The position numbers and the translations under genes were made by a program. Source: an uncultured Gemmatimonadales bacterium (GTDB taxonomy: Bacteria; Gemmatimonadota; Gemmatimonadetes; Gemmatimonadales; Gemmatimonadaceae). From it: a stretch of DNA of 64,000 nucleotides. The notes beneath the pieces were generated by a model. It searched no databases, was not told the DNA's origin, and saw only the letters and a program-made list of their open reading frames with translations. Shown in pieces: positions 18,137 through 28,880 of this stretch. The DNA is taken from the NCBI GenBank assembly GCA_963850905.1, contig CAWKMU010000004.1:416001-480000 (forward strand), read 5' to 3'. Every line of letters begins with the position of its first letter. Position 1 is the first letter of the stretch.

Positions 18137-19414
18137 CTACGGGTGGCCCGTGATTGCCGGCAGCGTCAAGCCCACTGTGGCGCCACGATCGGCATTGTTC
18201 CGACAGAACATCGTGCCGCCGTGGCCTTCGATGATTGACCGGCAGATGGGCAGCCCCATGCCGAGCCCCCCAACCTTCGTCGTGAAGAACGCGTCGAACA
18301 GGTGCGGCATCACATCCGCCGGAATGCCCGGCCCGCCATCCCGGACCGCGATCTCGACGTGCCTCACGTCCGGGTGCGCCGCAGTGATGAGAATGCTCTC
18401 CCGAGGCTCCGGCTGGCCGCCGACGGCATCGAATGCGTTCAACAGCAGATTGAGCAGCACTTGCTGCAGTTGAATGGGATCCCCTCGGACCGGCAAGATG
18501 CCGGGCATGACGTCGACACGGAGCGGGACACGTCGCGTCACAGCCTCATGCTCCACGAGGCGCAGCGTATCGGTGATCAGATCCCCCACACTGAGGGCGA
18601 CGCTCTCGACCGGCGATCGCCGCAACAGGGCACGCATGCGCGTGATGATCTGATACGCGCGCGTGTCCTCCGCGGCGATGCGGCGCACGATGTCCCGCAC
18701 GCGCATCACATCCGGCGGCTCTGCATCGAGAAACAGCGAGCCGGCCTCGGCGCTGGCCATGATGGCACCCAGGGGTTGGTTGAGCTCGTGCGCCAGCGAC
18801 GCCGCAAATTCTCCCAGCGTCGCGACACGCGCCACGTGGACCAACTCGGCTTCGTGAAACTTGGCGGCGTGCTCAGCCCGCAGACGCCCGAGTGCATTGC
18901 CAACCAGGTCCGCCACCGCCTGGGCCGCCGCCGCCGGGATGGCGCGTCGCGGCCAGCGTGCCGCACCGCTACCCACCGCAAGCAGAGTCGGGTTGGGTCG
19001 AGTGGCGAGGCCCATGATCAGCGCGGAGGGCATCTGCCACCGTGTAAGCGTATCACGATCGCTCACTGCATCGGGAGGCAGTCCGCTCAGATGGTGAATA
19101 CTGATGAGCCCTTCCGGCAACACGTGCTGCGCGACGTACGTTAGTTGCGCATCGCCCGTCGCTTCATGTGGGCGATCGTTCTCGGGCCATCGGTTGAGCG
19201 ACACCACCGTTGCACCTGCGGGTGCATACGTCACCAACGCGGCGGACTGCGCGCCGAATGATGCGGTGACGTGTTCGAGCAGTGCAGAGATCGCGGCCTC
19301 GGGACTTTCAGTCACGGCGCGCACTTGAACGCTCGAGAGCGCTTGCCCGAGTGAGTGGACCACCGACCACCACGTCGATAGACTGCTCTCGGTGTCTACC
19401 TTACGTGAGATCAT
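18137..19414 (-). CDS. Cytoplasmic sensor histidine kinase (FixL/NodV-type core, GAF-like N-terminus)
   Basis: ASLAHELNQPL, QQVLLNLLLNA, DGGPG, FFTTK and GLGMGL boxes. Confidence 0.9.
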   Translation of the reverse strand: MISRKVDTESSLSTWWSVVHSLGQALSSVQVRAVTESPEAAISALLEHVTASFGAQSAALVTYAPAGATVVSLNRWPENDRPHEATGDAQLTYVAQHVLPEGLISIHHLSGLPPDAVSDRDTLTRWQMPSALIMGLATRPNPTLLAVGSGAARWPRRAIPAAAAQAVADLVGNALGRLRAEHAAKFHEAELVHVARVATLGEFAASLAHELNQPLGAIMASAEAGSLFLDAEPPDVMRVRDIVRRIAAEDTRAYQIITRMRALLRRSPVESVALSVGDLITDTLRLVEHEAVTRRVPLRVDVMPGILPVRGDPIQLQQVLLNLLLNAFDAVGGQPEPRESILITAAHPDVRHVEIAVRDGGPGIPADVMPHLFDAFFTTKVGGLGMGLPICRSIIEGHGGTMFCRNNADRGATVGLTLPAITGHP

Positions 19415-19474
19415 GCCGCAGTGCGCCGGTTCGTGTCGCGTACAAGGGTACAGGACACTGATGAGACCTCGCAT

Positions 19475-19488
19475 TAGACCTTAGGCTA
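19475..19488. promoter_or_regulatory. Palindromic box TAGACC-TT-AGGCTA
   Basis: Between the divergent kinase and FixJ-like genes. Confidence 0.55.
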
Positions 19489-19526
19489 ACGGCGCACTAT
19501 TTTTCGGCGAGTTACCCTATCGCCCA

Positions 19527-20199
19527 ATGATGTCAGCGACCGTTTTGTTGGTCGACGACGATCGCGCGGTGCGCGAGTCAGTTGCCGACGTTCTGATTGG
19601 TGGCGGCTACCAAGTCGCGATGTTTGAGTCTGCGGAAGACTTCCTCGCCCGCGCAGACCTGCCGCTTGGTCAGGAGTGCACGCCGACGTGCCTCGTACTC
19701 GAATGTGTGCCTCCCCGCGGAAAGCGGCGTCGATCTGCAACAGCGCCTCGCGCTGCGCGGCATTCGCGTGCCGACGGTATTCATGACGGCGTACGGCGAC
19801 GTCCCGACCACGGTCGCCGCGATGAAGGGTGGCGCCATCGACTTCTTGCTCAAGCCGGTGACCGCCGCCGCCCTGCTGAGGGCGGTGCAGATCGCGCTGA
19901 AAGCCAGCGAGCAGACCGTAGCCGAAACGCGAAGCGTCTCCAATGTTGCAGGCCGCATCAGCCGGCTCACAAGGCGTGAGCGCGAAGTGTTCGAGCTCAT
20001 CGCGTGCGGCCTCCTCAACAAGCAGATCGCCGCGCGACTCCGCATCTCGCTCGGAACGGTCAAGGCACACCGCGGACGACTCGTTCGCAAGCTTGCGGTA
20101 ACCACCGTCGCCGAACTCGTTCGGCTCGCGGATCGCGTTGGCAGCCCATCGCTCCACGGCGACTTAGGTCGAATGGCTCCTGCCGGGTGGCGCGGTTAG
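19527..20199 (+). CDS. FixJ/NodW-type response regulator (REC + LuxR HTH), split by a +1 indel near 19702
   Basis: VLLVDDD..VRES in one frame; FMTAYGDVP..AMKGGAIDFLLKP and LTRREREV..GLLNKQIA in the next. Removing one A restores CLVLDVCLP. Confidence 0.85.
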
Positions 20200-20253
20200 C
20201 CTGCATTTCGCGCGGCGCAATGGCGCGCCGTGCCATTGCGGTGCGTTGGGCCG

Positions 20254-20637
20254 ATGGTGAGAGCGCAGGTCCGTGGGCTGATAGGAATCGTGGAAGATGA
20301 CAGTGGGATGCGCCAAGGACTCTCGTGGCTGCTTGCCGCGGCGCGGTTCAATGTCGTCGTATTTGCCTCAGCTGAAGAGTTTCTGCAGCACACACGCGAA
20401 GCGGACTTCGACTGTCTCATCCTGGACGTCCGGTTGCCGGGCATGGATGGCCTCGCGCTCCGAGACATGCTGCGCCAACGCGGACGCCGGATGCCCATTC
20501 TGCTCATGAGCGGCCACGACGACGCGACGACCCGCGAGCAATTCCGGCGCGCGGGCGTCGCGCAATGGCTGCGCAAACCGTTCGACGGTCAGGCCCTGCT
20601 CGATGCCGTGCACGCCGCCGTCAGGAGTGACCAGTGA
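20254..20637 (+). CDS. Single-domain response regulator
   Basis: IVEDD, CLILDVRLPGMDG, LMSGHDD, LRKPF. Confidence 0.88.
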   Translation: MVRAQVRGLIGIVEDDSGMRQGLSWLLAAARFNVVVFASAEEFLQHTREADFDCLILDVRLPGMDGLALRDMLRQRGRRMPILLMSGHDDATTREQFRRAGVAQWLRKPFDGQALLDAVHAAVRSDQ

Positions 20638-21215
20638 CCCAGCGACGCGCACGACCCCGTGCCGCCAGCGCCGCCCTCGTAGCGCTCGCGCTCCTCGCGA
20701 CCACCCACGCGGCCCGTGCGCAATACTACGCAGACCTGAACAGCGGCACGCACACGGCGCTTCTGTTCGGGCTCGGCGTGTCGTTCCCGGCTGGCGGGAT
20801 TGCGGGCCGCGTCGACCCGACCGGGAACTTCATGCTGGGCTTCCAGGCCCGGCAAGGCAATTCGCCGGTGGCGTTCCGTATGGACCTGACATACCAAGAG
20901 TTCAGCGGCCCGGACGGATGGGCAGACATCAACGCATTGACCTTCGATGCCGTTGCCATCCCCGAGCACAACGGCACGACGCAGTGGCACGCCATTTTCG
21001 GCCTGGGGCCCTACTATACCACGGGGTCCGCCTTCTCCGGCGTCTATAGCGGGTACCGCAGCGCGACGGAATTTGGGATCAACGGCGGGGGCGGGGTCTC
21101 GCACGGAAAGAAGGTCGCCGTGTTCGCCGAGGTCCGGTATCACCTGATCTTCCAGGGCGGCCGTGTCCTGCAGATGATCCCGCTCACCTTCGGGATCGCG
21201 CTCCGCACGAGCTGA
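20634..21215 (+). CDS. Outer-membrane beta-barrel protein
   Basis: Signal peptide ARA-Q, FGINGGGG, VFAEVRYH, IPLTFGI. GTGA overlap with the receiver gene. Confidence 0.75.
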   Translation: MTQRRARPRAASAALVALALLATTHAARAQYYADLNSGTHTALLFGLGVSFPAGGIAGRVDPTGNFMLGFQARQGNSPVAFRMDLTYQEFSGPDGWADINALTFDAVAIPEHNGTTQWHAIFGLGPYYTTGSAFSGVYSGYRSATEFGINGGGGVSHGKKVAVFAEVRYHLIFQGGRVLQMIPLTFGIALRTS

Positions 21216-21273
21216 CCGGACGACCCGGCAGGTCCCCGCCCTTACAGCCCACCGGGACGCAGGCTCCGGCCCC

Positions 21274-24200
21274 TTAGTCGGCGCGCACCGACCGGCTGGA
21301 TATCATGAGGCCCGCACCCTGCGGCAGGCGCGCACCCGGCTCGATCGCCACGTCGCCAAAGGGGACCGCGAACTGGTCTGCGACCTCGGACGTCTCGAGC
21401 CCGAACTCGACCCACAGCGTGGCCCCGCGATCCGGATTGTTCGTCGCCCACAGCCGGCCGCCCTGTGTCCGCATGATCGAGCGGCAGATCGCCAACCCGA
21501 GCCCCATGCCGTGCTCCTTGGACGTGAAGAACGGCTCGAAGATGCGATCCATGATTGCCTCAGGAATGCCCACACCTTGATCGACGACCGATAGCAACAC
21601 GCCGCTGTCACCGGGCGCCGTGATGATGGTCAGTTGGCGGTCGCGCGGTGGGTTCTCACTCATCGCATCACACGCGTTCAGCAGCAGGTTCAACAGCACC
21701 TGCTGCCCCTGGACGCGGTCGCCGAGCACGAGCGGGAGTCCGGGGGCGAGCTTGGTCTCGACCGAGACTCTTCGCTCGACGAGGTCGCTGCGCACGAGCA
21801 CCAGCACGTCCGCCACGATCTCATTAAGGTCGAGTCGCTGCAGACGCCGCTCACCCTTTTTCAGCAGCGAGCGCAGGCGCGCGATGACGGCGCCGGCGCG
21901 ATTGTCATCATGCACGATGTCCGCGAGCACCTCCCGCACCTCGGACAGGTTCGGCGGGACCTGCGCGAGAAACCGCTGGCCCGCAGCAGCGTTCGCCAGG
22001 ATCGCACTCAGCGGCTGGTTCAGCTCGTGCGCCAGCGCCCCCGACAGCTCCCCCAGCATCGCCGCTCGCGCGAGATGTGCCAGCTGCCGATGCTGCTCCT
22101 CGACCTCGGCCCGGACCCGCCGGCGCTCGGTGTTGTCGGCTTGGGTACCAATGACGCGCGTCGCCCGTCGCTCCACGTCCCGAATCACGATGCCGCGGGC
22201 AATGAACCACCGCACACTGCCGTCTTTGTGGATCATGCGGTGCTCGATCTCGTAATGCGACTGGCCGTCGGACAGACGTGCATGCGCAAGCGTCAACACC
22301 CGACCCACATCGTCCGGATGCACGTGCGGGATCCACGCGTCGAGATGATCTCCGATCTCGTGATCCTCGTAGCCGAGCATCGTCTTGATGTGCGGATCGA
22401 CGTAGAGATGGTTGGTTTTGAGGTCCCAATCCCAGACGCCGACATTGCCGCTCGCCGTGGCAAGTCGATAACGCTGTTGACTGAGCTGCAAGGCTTCGTC
22501 CGCGCGCGACCGCTCGATCGCCACACTGGCGATCGCCGTGACCGTTTCGATCAGTCGCTTCTCGCTCTGACCGGGAGTCCGCGATTCACCACTATAGATG
22601 GCGACGAAGCCGAGCACGGCGCCCTGGCGCGACAGAACCGGCGCCGCCCAACAGGAACGCAGGCCATCCGCAACGGCGACATCGCGAAAACTCGCCCACA
22701 GTGGGTCCTCGTCAATGTCCCGGGTGATCACCGGCTTGCGCGAGTCCAGCGCAGCCCCCCACGAAGCCGAGTGCGGCCCGATCGCTGATCCATCGAGGGC
22801 ACGGACGTACGACGGCGGCAGACTGCCCGTCGCCGCATGGCGGATATGCGACCGATCCGTCTCGAGGAGGAGGACCGAGCAGAGCAAGCCGTCGACTTGG
22901 GATTCGACGAGGGCAGTGAGCGCATCGAGCACCCGAGTCAACGGCGCGCCGAGCGCCACCATCTCCAGCAGGTTGTTCTGGCCAATGCGGAGAGCGTCCG
23001 CTCGTTTGCGCTCCGTCACATCCTCACTGAGACCGAGCATGCGCACGGCATCGCCCGGCGCATCACCGACAACCCGTCCCTTGGTGAGCATCCAGCGGAC
23101 CGTGCCGTCCCCGAGCACGACCCGAAACTCGATGTCGATCGCTGCCCGCGCGACGACCGCACGGCTCAGCGCCTCTCGCACACGACGGCGGTCGTCGCGG
23201 TGCACCAGGCCATAGAACTCATCGACGGTGAGCGTCCGATCCTGCGTGGAGACCCCCAGCGCCCGCCTGGCTTCGGCTGACACCAGGACCGTCGCGTCCT
23301 TGATGCGCCACTCCCAACTCCCCATGACCGCGGCGTTCAACGCCAGCTCGAGCTGGTCCTTGTTCTGCCGCGCGGATTCTTGCGCCTGCTCGCGCTCTCG
23401 AAGCACCGCGGAAAGCGACAGGAGCGCTATCGACATCATGATGAAGAGCAGCTGGATGGAGAGCGCATTCTCCTGCGGCGAGGTGCCCACGAAGGGACCC
23501 CGGCCGTGAACGGCTCCCCAAATCGAAAACACGACGACGGCCAGCAGTGACGCACTGACACCGCCCGGACCGAAGCGCACGGCCGCCCAGAGAAGAAACG
23601 GCACGGGCGCATACAGCAACGCCGAGTCGGTGCCCGGGCCCGCGGTCTGCCACACGAACGCCACAACGCTCACGACCAGGAGCGCAACGGAAAAGATGCC
23701 GACCTCGGTCGCCCACCGTCCGGTGACCCGCCGCGGACGCAGCCATTCTCCACTGCCAAGCGCAACGATCGGCGGTACGATCGTGAGTAGGGAAAGCGTG
23801 TTCGCCCAGAACCGCCGCCCGAATACTGCCCAGTACTCCGGCGCCGCCGCGTGCGGATGCATGACGAAGGCACCGAGCAACGACGTGACACAGGCCGCGG
23901 TGCATGCGGTGGCGACGAAGATCCCAATGCGGCGAAAGCTGCTGAACCAGGGAGGGCCGGCGGCGAAGCGACGCAGGGCGGCGGCGCCGACCACGGGCCC
24001 GCTACAGTTCGCGAGATACCATACCGGAATCACCAGTGGCGGCAGGTGCGATTGCAGTTCCCCCGCCAGGTGCGCCGGCAGTCCGGCCAGGAGCACGACC
24101 CACCACCACCGGGTCGGGACGAGTATGAAGCTCGCAAACAGAACCGCATTCGGCGGCCAGAGTGTCGCGGGGCCGCCGTGTTCGAACATCAGCGCGAACC

Positions 24201-24408
24201 CGATCCGGACACCCAGGTAATAACAGAGGAATACCAGGACGCCGACCCACAACAGCGAGCTGGCCGTGGCCGCCGTGGGCGCGCCCCGGCGTTGCCGGTC
24301 GGCGTCTCGCCTCATCTGCCGCGGTGTCGTGCGGTGCCCTCCCGTGTCCCGCTGCGGACCGACAGGAGCGTCATCGGCGAAGCGGCTAAGACCGGTCGTA
24401 CTCGCCAA
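21274..24408 (-). CDS. MASE1-PAS-GAF-PAS sensor histidine kinase (start may be 24315)
   Basis: LWPPNAV multi-TM region, two GxWxW PAS domains, GAF LRSCWAAPV, ALAHELNQPL and GMGLGL. Confidence 0.92.
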   Translation of the reverse strand: MASTTGLSRFADDAPVGPQRDTGGHRTTPRQMRRDADRQRRGAPTAATASSLLWVGVLVFLCYYLGVRIGFALMFEHGGPATLWPPNAVLFASFILVPTRWWWVVLLAGLPAHLAGELQSHLPPLVIPVWYLANCSGPVVGAAALRRFAAGPPWFSSFRRIGIFVATACTAACVTSLLGAFVMHPHAAAPEYWAVFGRRFWANTLSLLTIVPPIVALGSGEWLRPRRVTGRWATEVGIFSVALLVVSVVAFVWQTAGPGTDSALLYAPVPFLLWAAVRFGPGGVSASLLAVVVFSIWGAVHGRGPFVGTSPQENALSIQLLFIMMSIALLSLSAVLREREQAQESARQNKDQLELALNAAVMGSWEWRIKDATVLVSAEARRALGVSTQDRTLTVDEFYGLVHRDDRRRVREALSRAVVARAAIDIEFRVVLGDGTVRWMLTKGRVVGDAPGDAVRMLGLSEDVTERKRADALRIGQNNLLEMVALGAPLTRVLDALTALVESQVDGLLCSVLLLETDRSHIRHAATGSLPPSYVRALDGSAIGPHSASWGAALDSRKPVITRDIDEDPLWASFRDVAVADGLRSCWAAPVLSRQGAVLGFVAIYSGESRTPGQSEKRLIETVTAIASVAIERSRADEALQLSQQRYRLATASGNVGVWDWDLKTNHLYVDPHIKTMLGYEDHEIGDHLDAWIPHVHPDDVGRVLTLAHARLSDGQSHYEIEHRMIHKDGSVRWFIARGIVIRDVERRATRVIGTQADNTERRRVRAEVEEQHRQLAHLARAAMLGELSGALAHELNQPLSAILANAAAGQRFLAQVPPNLSEVREVLADIVHDDNRAGAVIARLRSLLKKGERRLQRLDLNEIVADVLVLVRSDLVERRVSVETKLAPGLPLVLGDRVQGQQVLLNLLLNACDAMSENPPRDRQLTIITAPGDSGVLLSVVDQGVGIPEAIMDRIFEPFFTSKEHGMGLGLAICRSIMRTQGGRLWATNNPDRGATLWVEFGLETSEVADQFAVPFGDVAIEPGARLPQGAGLMISSRSVRAD

Positions 24409-24429
24409 CCGCGGCGCCTCCTTGTGTGC

Positions 24430-24867
24430 TCACCAACATTCACAGGCCGATCGCTCGAGGGCCGAGCGCACCAGTTGCACAAGCGCGTCTCCGGCGAACG
24501 GCTTCCGCAAGTAGCCGTACGGTCCACCGCGGCGACTGAGCTCGCTCGTCGGCACCTCGTCGTGCGCCGTCATGAGAATCACCGGCATGGCCGAGTGGAG
24601 CGCAATCAGTCGGTCGTAGAGCTCGAACCCGCTCACGGACCCGAGATGGATGTCGAGCACTAGACAGCGCGCGCCACGGGTGGGCTGGCCTGTACTCCCG
24701 ATGCACGCATCGAGGAATTCGAGCGCGGACCCGAATGTTTCGACGCAAATGCTCTCGGTTCGGAGGAGCCGCGCTAGCGCGATCCGAACGGATGGATCAT
24801 CTTCCACGATCGCTACCCACGGCTCTGACGTTTCCGCCCGTAGTTTCATCACGGTCTCCTGCGTCAT
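24430..24867 (-). CDS. Single-domain response regulator (start uncertain)
   Basis: IVEDD, CLVLDIHLG, LMTAHDE, YLRKPF. Confidence 0.85.
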   Translation of the reverse strand: MTQETVMKLRAETSEPWVAIVEDDPSVRIALARLLRTESICVETFGSALEFLDACIGSTGQPTRGARCLVLDIHLGSVSGFELYDRLIALHSAMPVILMTAHDEVPTSELSRRGGPYGYLRKPFAGDALVQLVRSALERSACECW

Positions 24868-25113
24868 CGGTTCGAGTGGTAGCGAATTCGAGGTCTGGAA
24901 CACACGGTCACAATCGGCCATGATCTGAGCCGGAACGAATACTCGGCGGTTGGCTCGCTCGGACTGCGAACGAGTACGGTCGCTACCTCGACTCTAGCTC
25001 AGCCCGTGGTGAATTGCGAGCCCGTGGTTGAAGGAACAACCGTTGTCCCACCGCAACCCAATCGGTCGCGACAGGCGTCACCAAGTTTTGGGTCAAGCGG
25101 CCCGATGTTATGT

Positions 25114-25127
25114 AGGACCAAGGTCCA
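25114..25127. promoter_or_regulatory. Palindromic box AGGACC-AA-GGTCCA
   Basis: In the long divergent region between the receiver and FixJ-like genes. Confidence 0.65.
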
Positions 25128-25513
25128 ACAGCGCTGACTGGGGAGGAGGCTTATGATTGCGGCCCGCGTCCCTTGGGGTTGACAGTGGACGCCAATGCTG
25201 GATTATAAGTCGAGGTAGGGCTGGTTCGAAGGGTTCTGAACTCGGCTCATTCGTGAGTCCGAGCATTTGTTGTCCGAATCGCTGTTGTGGTCCCGCGTAG
25301 TCGTCGTGGATGTCGTGTGGCCGGTCCCGCGGTCCTGTACCGGCAGTCGGCTTCATGGCACCTGAGCTCAATCGATGAGCGCACATCACGCGCAACCTGA
25401 GGGTCGGCCCGATGCTGTTGACCTCCGATGTCGATCGGCCCACCTCCATGACGGTCGTTCTCCCGAGCGAGCGGGCGAAGCGCACCCATCTGTACATCAC
25501 GGAACGCCCTGGC

Positions 25514-26188
25514 GTGACACAAGATAAGGAAGAGGATTTGATCCAAGTTGCGCAGACGATCCAGGACGCAACCGTGATCGTCGTCGATGATGACGAGTCG
25601 GTGTGTAAGGCCTTGCGGCGATTGCTCGAAGCCGCCGGCAAGCGCGTCGCGACCTTCAATTCTCCGACGGAGCTGCTCGAGACCCAACGCCCAGACCCGC
25701 CGGGGTGCTTCATTATCGACGTCAGCCTGCCGCAAATGAACGGCCTGGAGCTGGGGAACTCGCTCAGGGCCGCCGGCTATTGGACGCCCATCATTTTCAT
25801 CACCGGGCTCGGCGATGTGCCGACGAGCGTCCGCGCCATGAAGTCCGGAGCCGTCGACTTCCTCACCAAGCCGGTCGCCGAGTCGGAACTCCTCGGCGCC
25901 GTCGACCGCGCGCTCGCACACGACGCGGACACCCGGCAGGCATCGGCCGAGCTGCAGGAGCTCGAGCGGCGCTTGGCTGGTCTCACACAGCGGGAGCGCG
26001 AGGTCTTTTCCCTCGTCGTCACTGGTCTGCTGAACAAGCAGATTGCCGCACGCCTGGGGCCCAGCGTCAAGACCGTCAAGGTCCATCGCAGCCGCGTCAT
26101 GGAGAAGATGCAAGCCCGCTCCTTGGCGCAACTCGTGGTCATGGGCCAGCGACTCGGCGTCGCCGCGGCGCCCGATCACGCCAGGTGA
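25514..26188 (+). CDS. FixJ/NodW-type response regulator (start uncertain, 25514-25538)
   Basis: VIVVDDD, IIDVSLP, FITGLGDVP..AMKSGAVDFLTKP, LTQREREV..GLLNKQIA..KTVKVHRSRVMEKM. Confidence 0.92.
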   Translation: MTQDKEEDLIQVAQTIQDATVIVVDDDESVCKALRRLLEAAGKRVATFNSPTELLETQRPDPPGCFIIDVSLPQMNGLELGNSLRAAGYWTPIIFITGLGDVPTSVRAMKSGAVDFLTKPVAESELLGAVDRALAHDADTRQASAELQELERRLAGLTQREREVFSLVVTGLLNKQIAARLGPSVKTVKVHRSRVMEKMQARSLAQLVVMGQRLGVAAAPDHAR

Positions 26189-26404
26189 CATCTGTGCACG
26201 CAGCGTAACCGCTGCGTCACACGCCGTCACAATTCGCCTGACAACTCGCACGATCTGATGACCTGAGCGCGCGTCGGCGCGCTCGGACAGGACGTGGGCC
26301 ACGTCGACTGCGGACGTGAGGTCGTTGACCGCGTCCCGCCAACCGCCTGCACCCCACCGCGGTCACGCAACATCCGATTCCGTCGGCCGGCCGAAGCGAC
26401 GCCT

Positions 26405-26418
26405 TAGTCCAAGGTCTA
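26405..26418. promoter_or_regulatory. Palindromic box TAGTCC-AA-GGTCTA
   Basis: Intergenic, upstream of the 26660 gene. Confidence 0.6.
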
Positions 26419-26659
26419 ATGGCTGGCCTACCCCGTCCATCAGTACGCTGTTGGGCCGTCGGGCGCGATCCACCTCGTGGAGGATGGCCGTGACCTCTGT
26501 GCTCCATCGCATCACGCTGATCCCGTGCTGCCCATCGCAGTGTCGCGAAGTGCTTTGCCACGCTCGTGTCCGTTCGCAGTCGATTCTGATGTGTCTTCAC
26601 ACGGCCGCCGTCGCCGCGTCCCGGATGTCCCACGCGTCTCCCATCTACCGGAGCGAACA

Positions 26660-27130
26660 ATGCTCGAAATAGACTGGCATGTTCTCGACAACCCGTCAGC
26701 CCCCCGGGCGAACGGTAGCCTGCCACCCGTCAATGCGGCGCGCATCGCACGTCACGAACTGCTCGTGCGACTTGCCAGCTCGTTCGCCTATGCCCGCGTG
26801 CTGCGCATCCTCGCGGACGTCGAGCCGACGCTGACGAAGGAGATGGCGGACTCGAGCTTGGCTCCGCGACTGTATGCACGCGAACTGCGAGCGCGCGTTG
26901 CGCTGACCGGTAGACGGATGGACGAGAACCGGCTGCGCAGCGAGCTCCGGAGTGCGGTCGTCGCATACGCGCGTGCCCTGCACGAGCGTGATGTCCCGCC
27001 GCAGAAGATGCTCGTGATGGTCAAGGATGCCGCGCAGGTGCCGACTCCGGTCACCCTCGCGACCAGCGACGCAAAAGACATCGTTGCGGATATCGTGGAA
27101 TGGGCGATCGGCGGCTACTACACGACTTAG
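26660..27130 (+). CDS. Hypothetical helical protein
   Basis: GGAG before ATG. The pattern LRSAVVAYARAL...PPQKMLVMVK...WAIGGYY looks protein-like. Confidence 0.65.
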   Translation: MLEIDWHVLDNPSAPRANGSLPPVNAARIARHELLVRLASSFAYARVLRILADVEPTLTKEMADSSLAPRLYARELRARVALTGRRMDENRLRSELRSAVVAYARALHERDVPPQKMLVMVKDAAQVPTPVTLATSDAKDIVADIVEWAIGGYYTT

Positions 27131-27249
27131 CCGACGCCGATGATACGGACTGGTCTACGATCGCAATCGCAGACGCATGGTACCCGAAGGTTGATCAGCA
27201 ACAGTACCGCAGGCCGAATCCTGACACGCCTCACCCCCCCCATGTGACA

Positions 27250-28716
27250 ATGGCGGGCGCCGCGGTGTGCGCGGCCATCGCCTGGTCCGCGGCATCAATG
27301 CTCGCTCAACAACCGGGGCCCGCCTCCCTGACCGCGACTTCGTCAACGTCGCTCGTCGGAGTCGTAGGAGACAGCCTGCACGGTGGCCCGCTCGTCGGTG
27401 CGGTCGTGATGATCGAAGCGAACTCGCGGACGGCGGTCACCGACTCCATTGGCAGATTCCGCATCGATAGCATCCCACCAGGTCGCTACCGCGTGGCGAT
27501 CTACCACGCAGTCGTGGATTCGCTCGGCATCTCGCTCGTGACGCCGCCGGTGGAGTTCGACGCCGGAAAGCCCCTCCTCGTATCCCTGGCGATCCCATCT
27601 GGCGGGACCATCCGGCAGACTCTCTGCTCGGAACCTGGCGGCGGGTCCCCGGATGCCCATCTGGACAGCGGACCGGCACTGCTCGTGGGGCGCGTGCTCG
27701 ACCCCGAGACCGACACGCCCATCCCCAATGTCGCGGTCACGTTGGAATGGACCCCCATGTTGGTGGGCCTCCCTTCCGGGCAGGCACCAGCCCAACACCG
27801 AGCAGCCATGACGGGCGATGATGGCCGATTCTGCTTGTGTGGACTCCCGGCCCAGCTGACTGGCACCTTACGGGCCGCCTTTGAGTCCGCGCCGGAGCTG
27901 GCTGTCGAACGGACACTGACGCTCGATAATCGCATCGTCACAATGGCCGCGCTCCACTTGCCGCGGACCAGCCCCGGGCTGGCGGCTGCGCAGCGAGATC
28001 GGGCGGAGCTGGCCGGCATCGTCCAACGCCCCAATGGCAGTCCGCTGCCTCACGCCACGGTCACTCTCGCGGGCACGGCGCACTCCGCGACGACGGGACG
28101 CGACGGGACCTTTGCGTTGCGCGGGCTTCCCGCAGGCACGCAGACGATCCAGGTGCGATCAGTCGGGTTCGAGGAAGCCGAACAGGTGGTCGAGCTTGCC
28201 TTTCATTCGGCCGAGCACGTCACAGTCACGCTCCCCGCGGTCGCGCGCGCGCTGAGCCCAGTGATCGTCTCGACACAGCGCTTGCAGGCCGGCTATGCGC
28301 GCGTGGGATTCGACCGGCGACGCCATGCGGGCCAGGGCGAGTTCCTCACTGCCGACGACATCGCCCAGCGGCACGCGGTCCACTTCTCGGAGCTGTTGAA
28401 CGGGAGCCCAGCGATCCAGAGCGAGCGCGGGCTAGGTAGTGACAACCCGGAGCGGGATCGCGCCGGGGATCCGTGCCTCACGTACGTGGTCGACGGTCAT
28501 CCCCTCGCCCGGCTCGGCGAATCCGACGTCGATGCGTTGTACCGTGGGGGCCAGGTCGTTGGAGTCGAGATCTATTCTGAGCGGGACACCCCCGCGGAGT
28601 TCCGCGTGCCCGGCCTGACGAATGAGCAACTCCAGGGCCGCGAGGTGCGCGGCGCCGAATGCGCGACGGTGGTGCTCTGGACCAAAACCCACCTGCTCAC
28701 TGATCAGGGTCAGTAG
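27250..28716 (+). CDS. Exported protein with three carboxypeptidase-regulatory-like domains and a plug-like C-terminus
   Basis: Repeated GxVxD...TDxxGRF modules, GFDRRR..GQGEFLT..DI and GVEIY...C..VVLWTK. Confidence 0.8.
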   Translation: MAGAAVCAAIAWSAASMLAQQPGPASLTATSSTSLVGVVGDSLHGGPLVGAVVMIEANSRTAVTDSIGRFRIDSIPPGRYRVAIYHAVVDSLGISLVTPPVEFDAGKPLLVSLAIPSGGTIRQTLCSEPGGGSPDAHLDSGPALLVGRVLDPETDTPIPNVAVTLEWTPMLVGLPSGQAPAQHRAAMTGDDGRFCLCGLPAQLTGTLRAAFESAPELAVERTLTLDNRIVTMAALHLPRTSPGLAAAQRDRAELAGIVQRPNGSPLPHATVTLAGTAHSATTGRDGTFALRGLPAGTQTIQVRSVGFEEAEQVVELAFHSAEHVTVTLPAVARALSPVIVSTQRLQAGYARVGFDRRRHAGQGEFLTADDIAQRHAVHFSELLNGSPAIQSERGLGSDNPERDRAGDPCLTYVVDGHPLARLGESDVDALYRGGQVVGVEIYSERDTPAEFRVPGLTNEQLQGREVRGAECATVVLWTKTHLLTDQGQ

Positions 28717-28866
28717 GGCGCACGGGACACTCGCCGTCCATTCGACATGTAGCAGCGGCCTTCAGGCCGCCCACGGAACGCGACGTGCAGCGCACACACG
28801 CAATGCAGCATATCGCGACATCGCACATCGGTCGCAATGCACTTCGAGTCACGAATCGCTCCCAAT

Positions 28867-28880
28867 GGTACCAAAGTCCA
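28867..28880. promoter_or_regulatory. Weaker palindromic box GGTACC-AA-AGTCCA
   Basis: Upstream of the MIP-like gene. Confidence 0.45.

Noticed and set aside
19690..19710. Programmed frameshifting in the FixJ-like gene
   Set aside because: No slippery run is present, and similar single insertions occur in unrelated genes.
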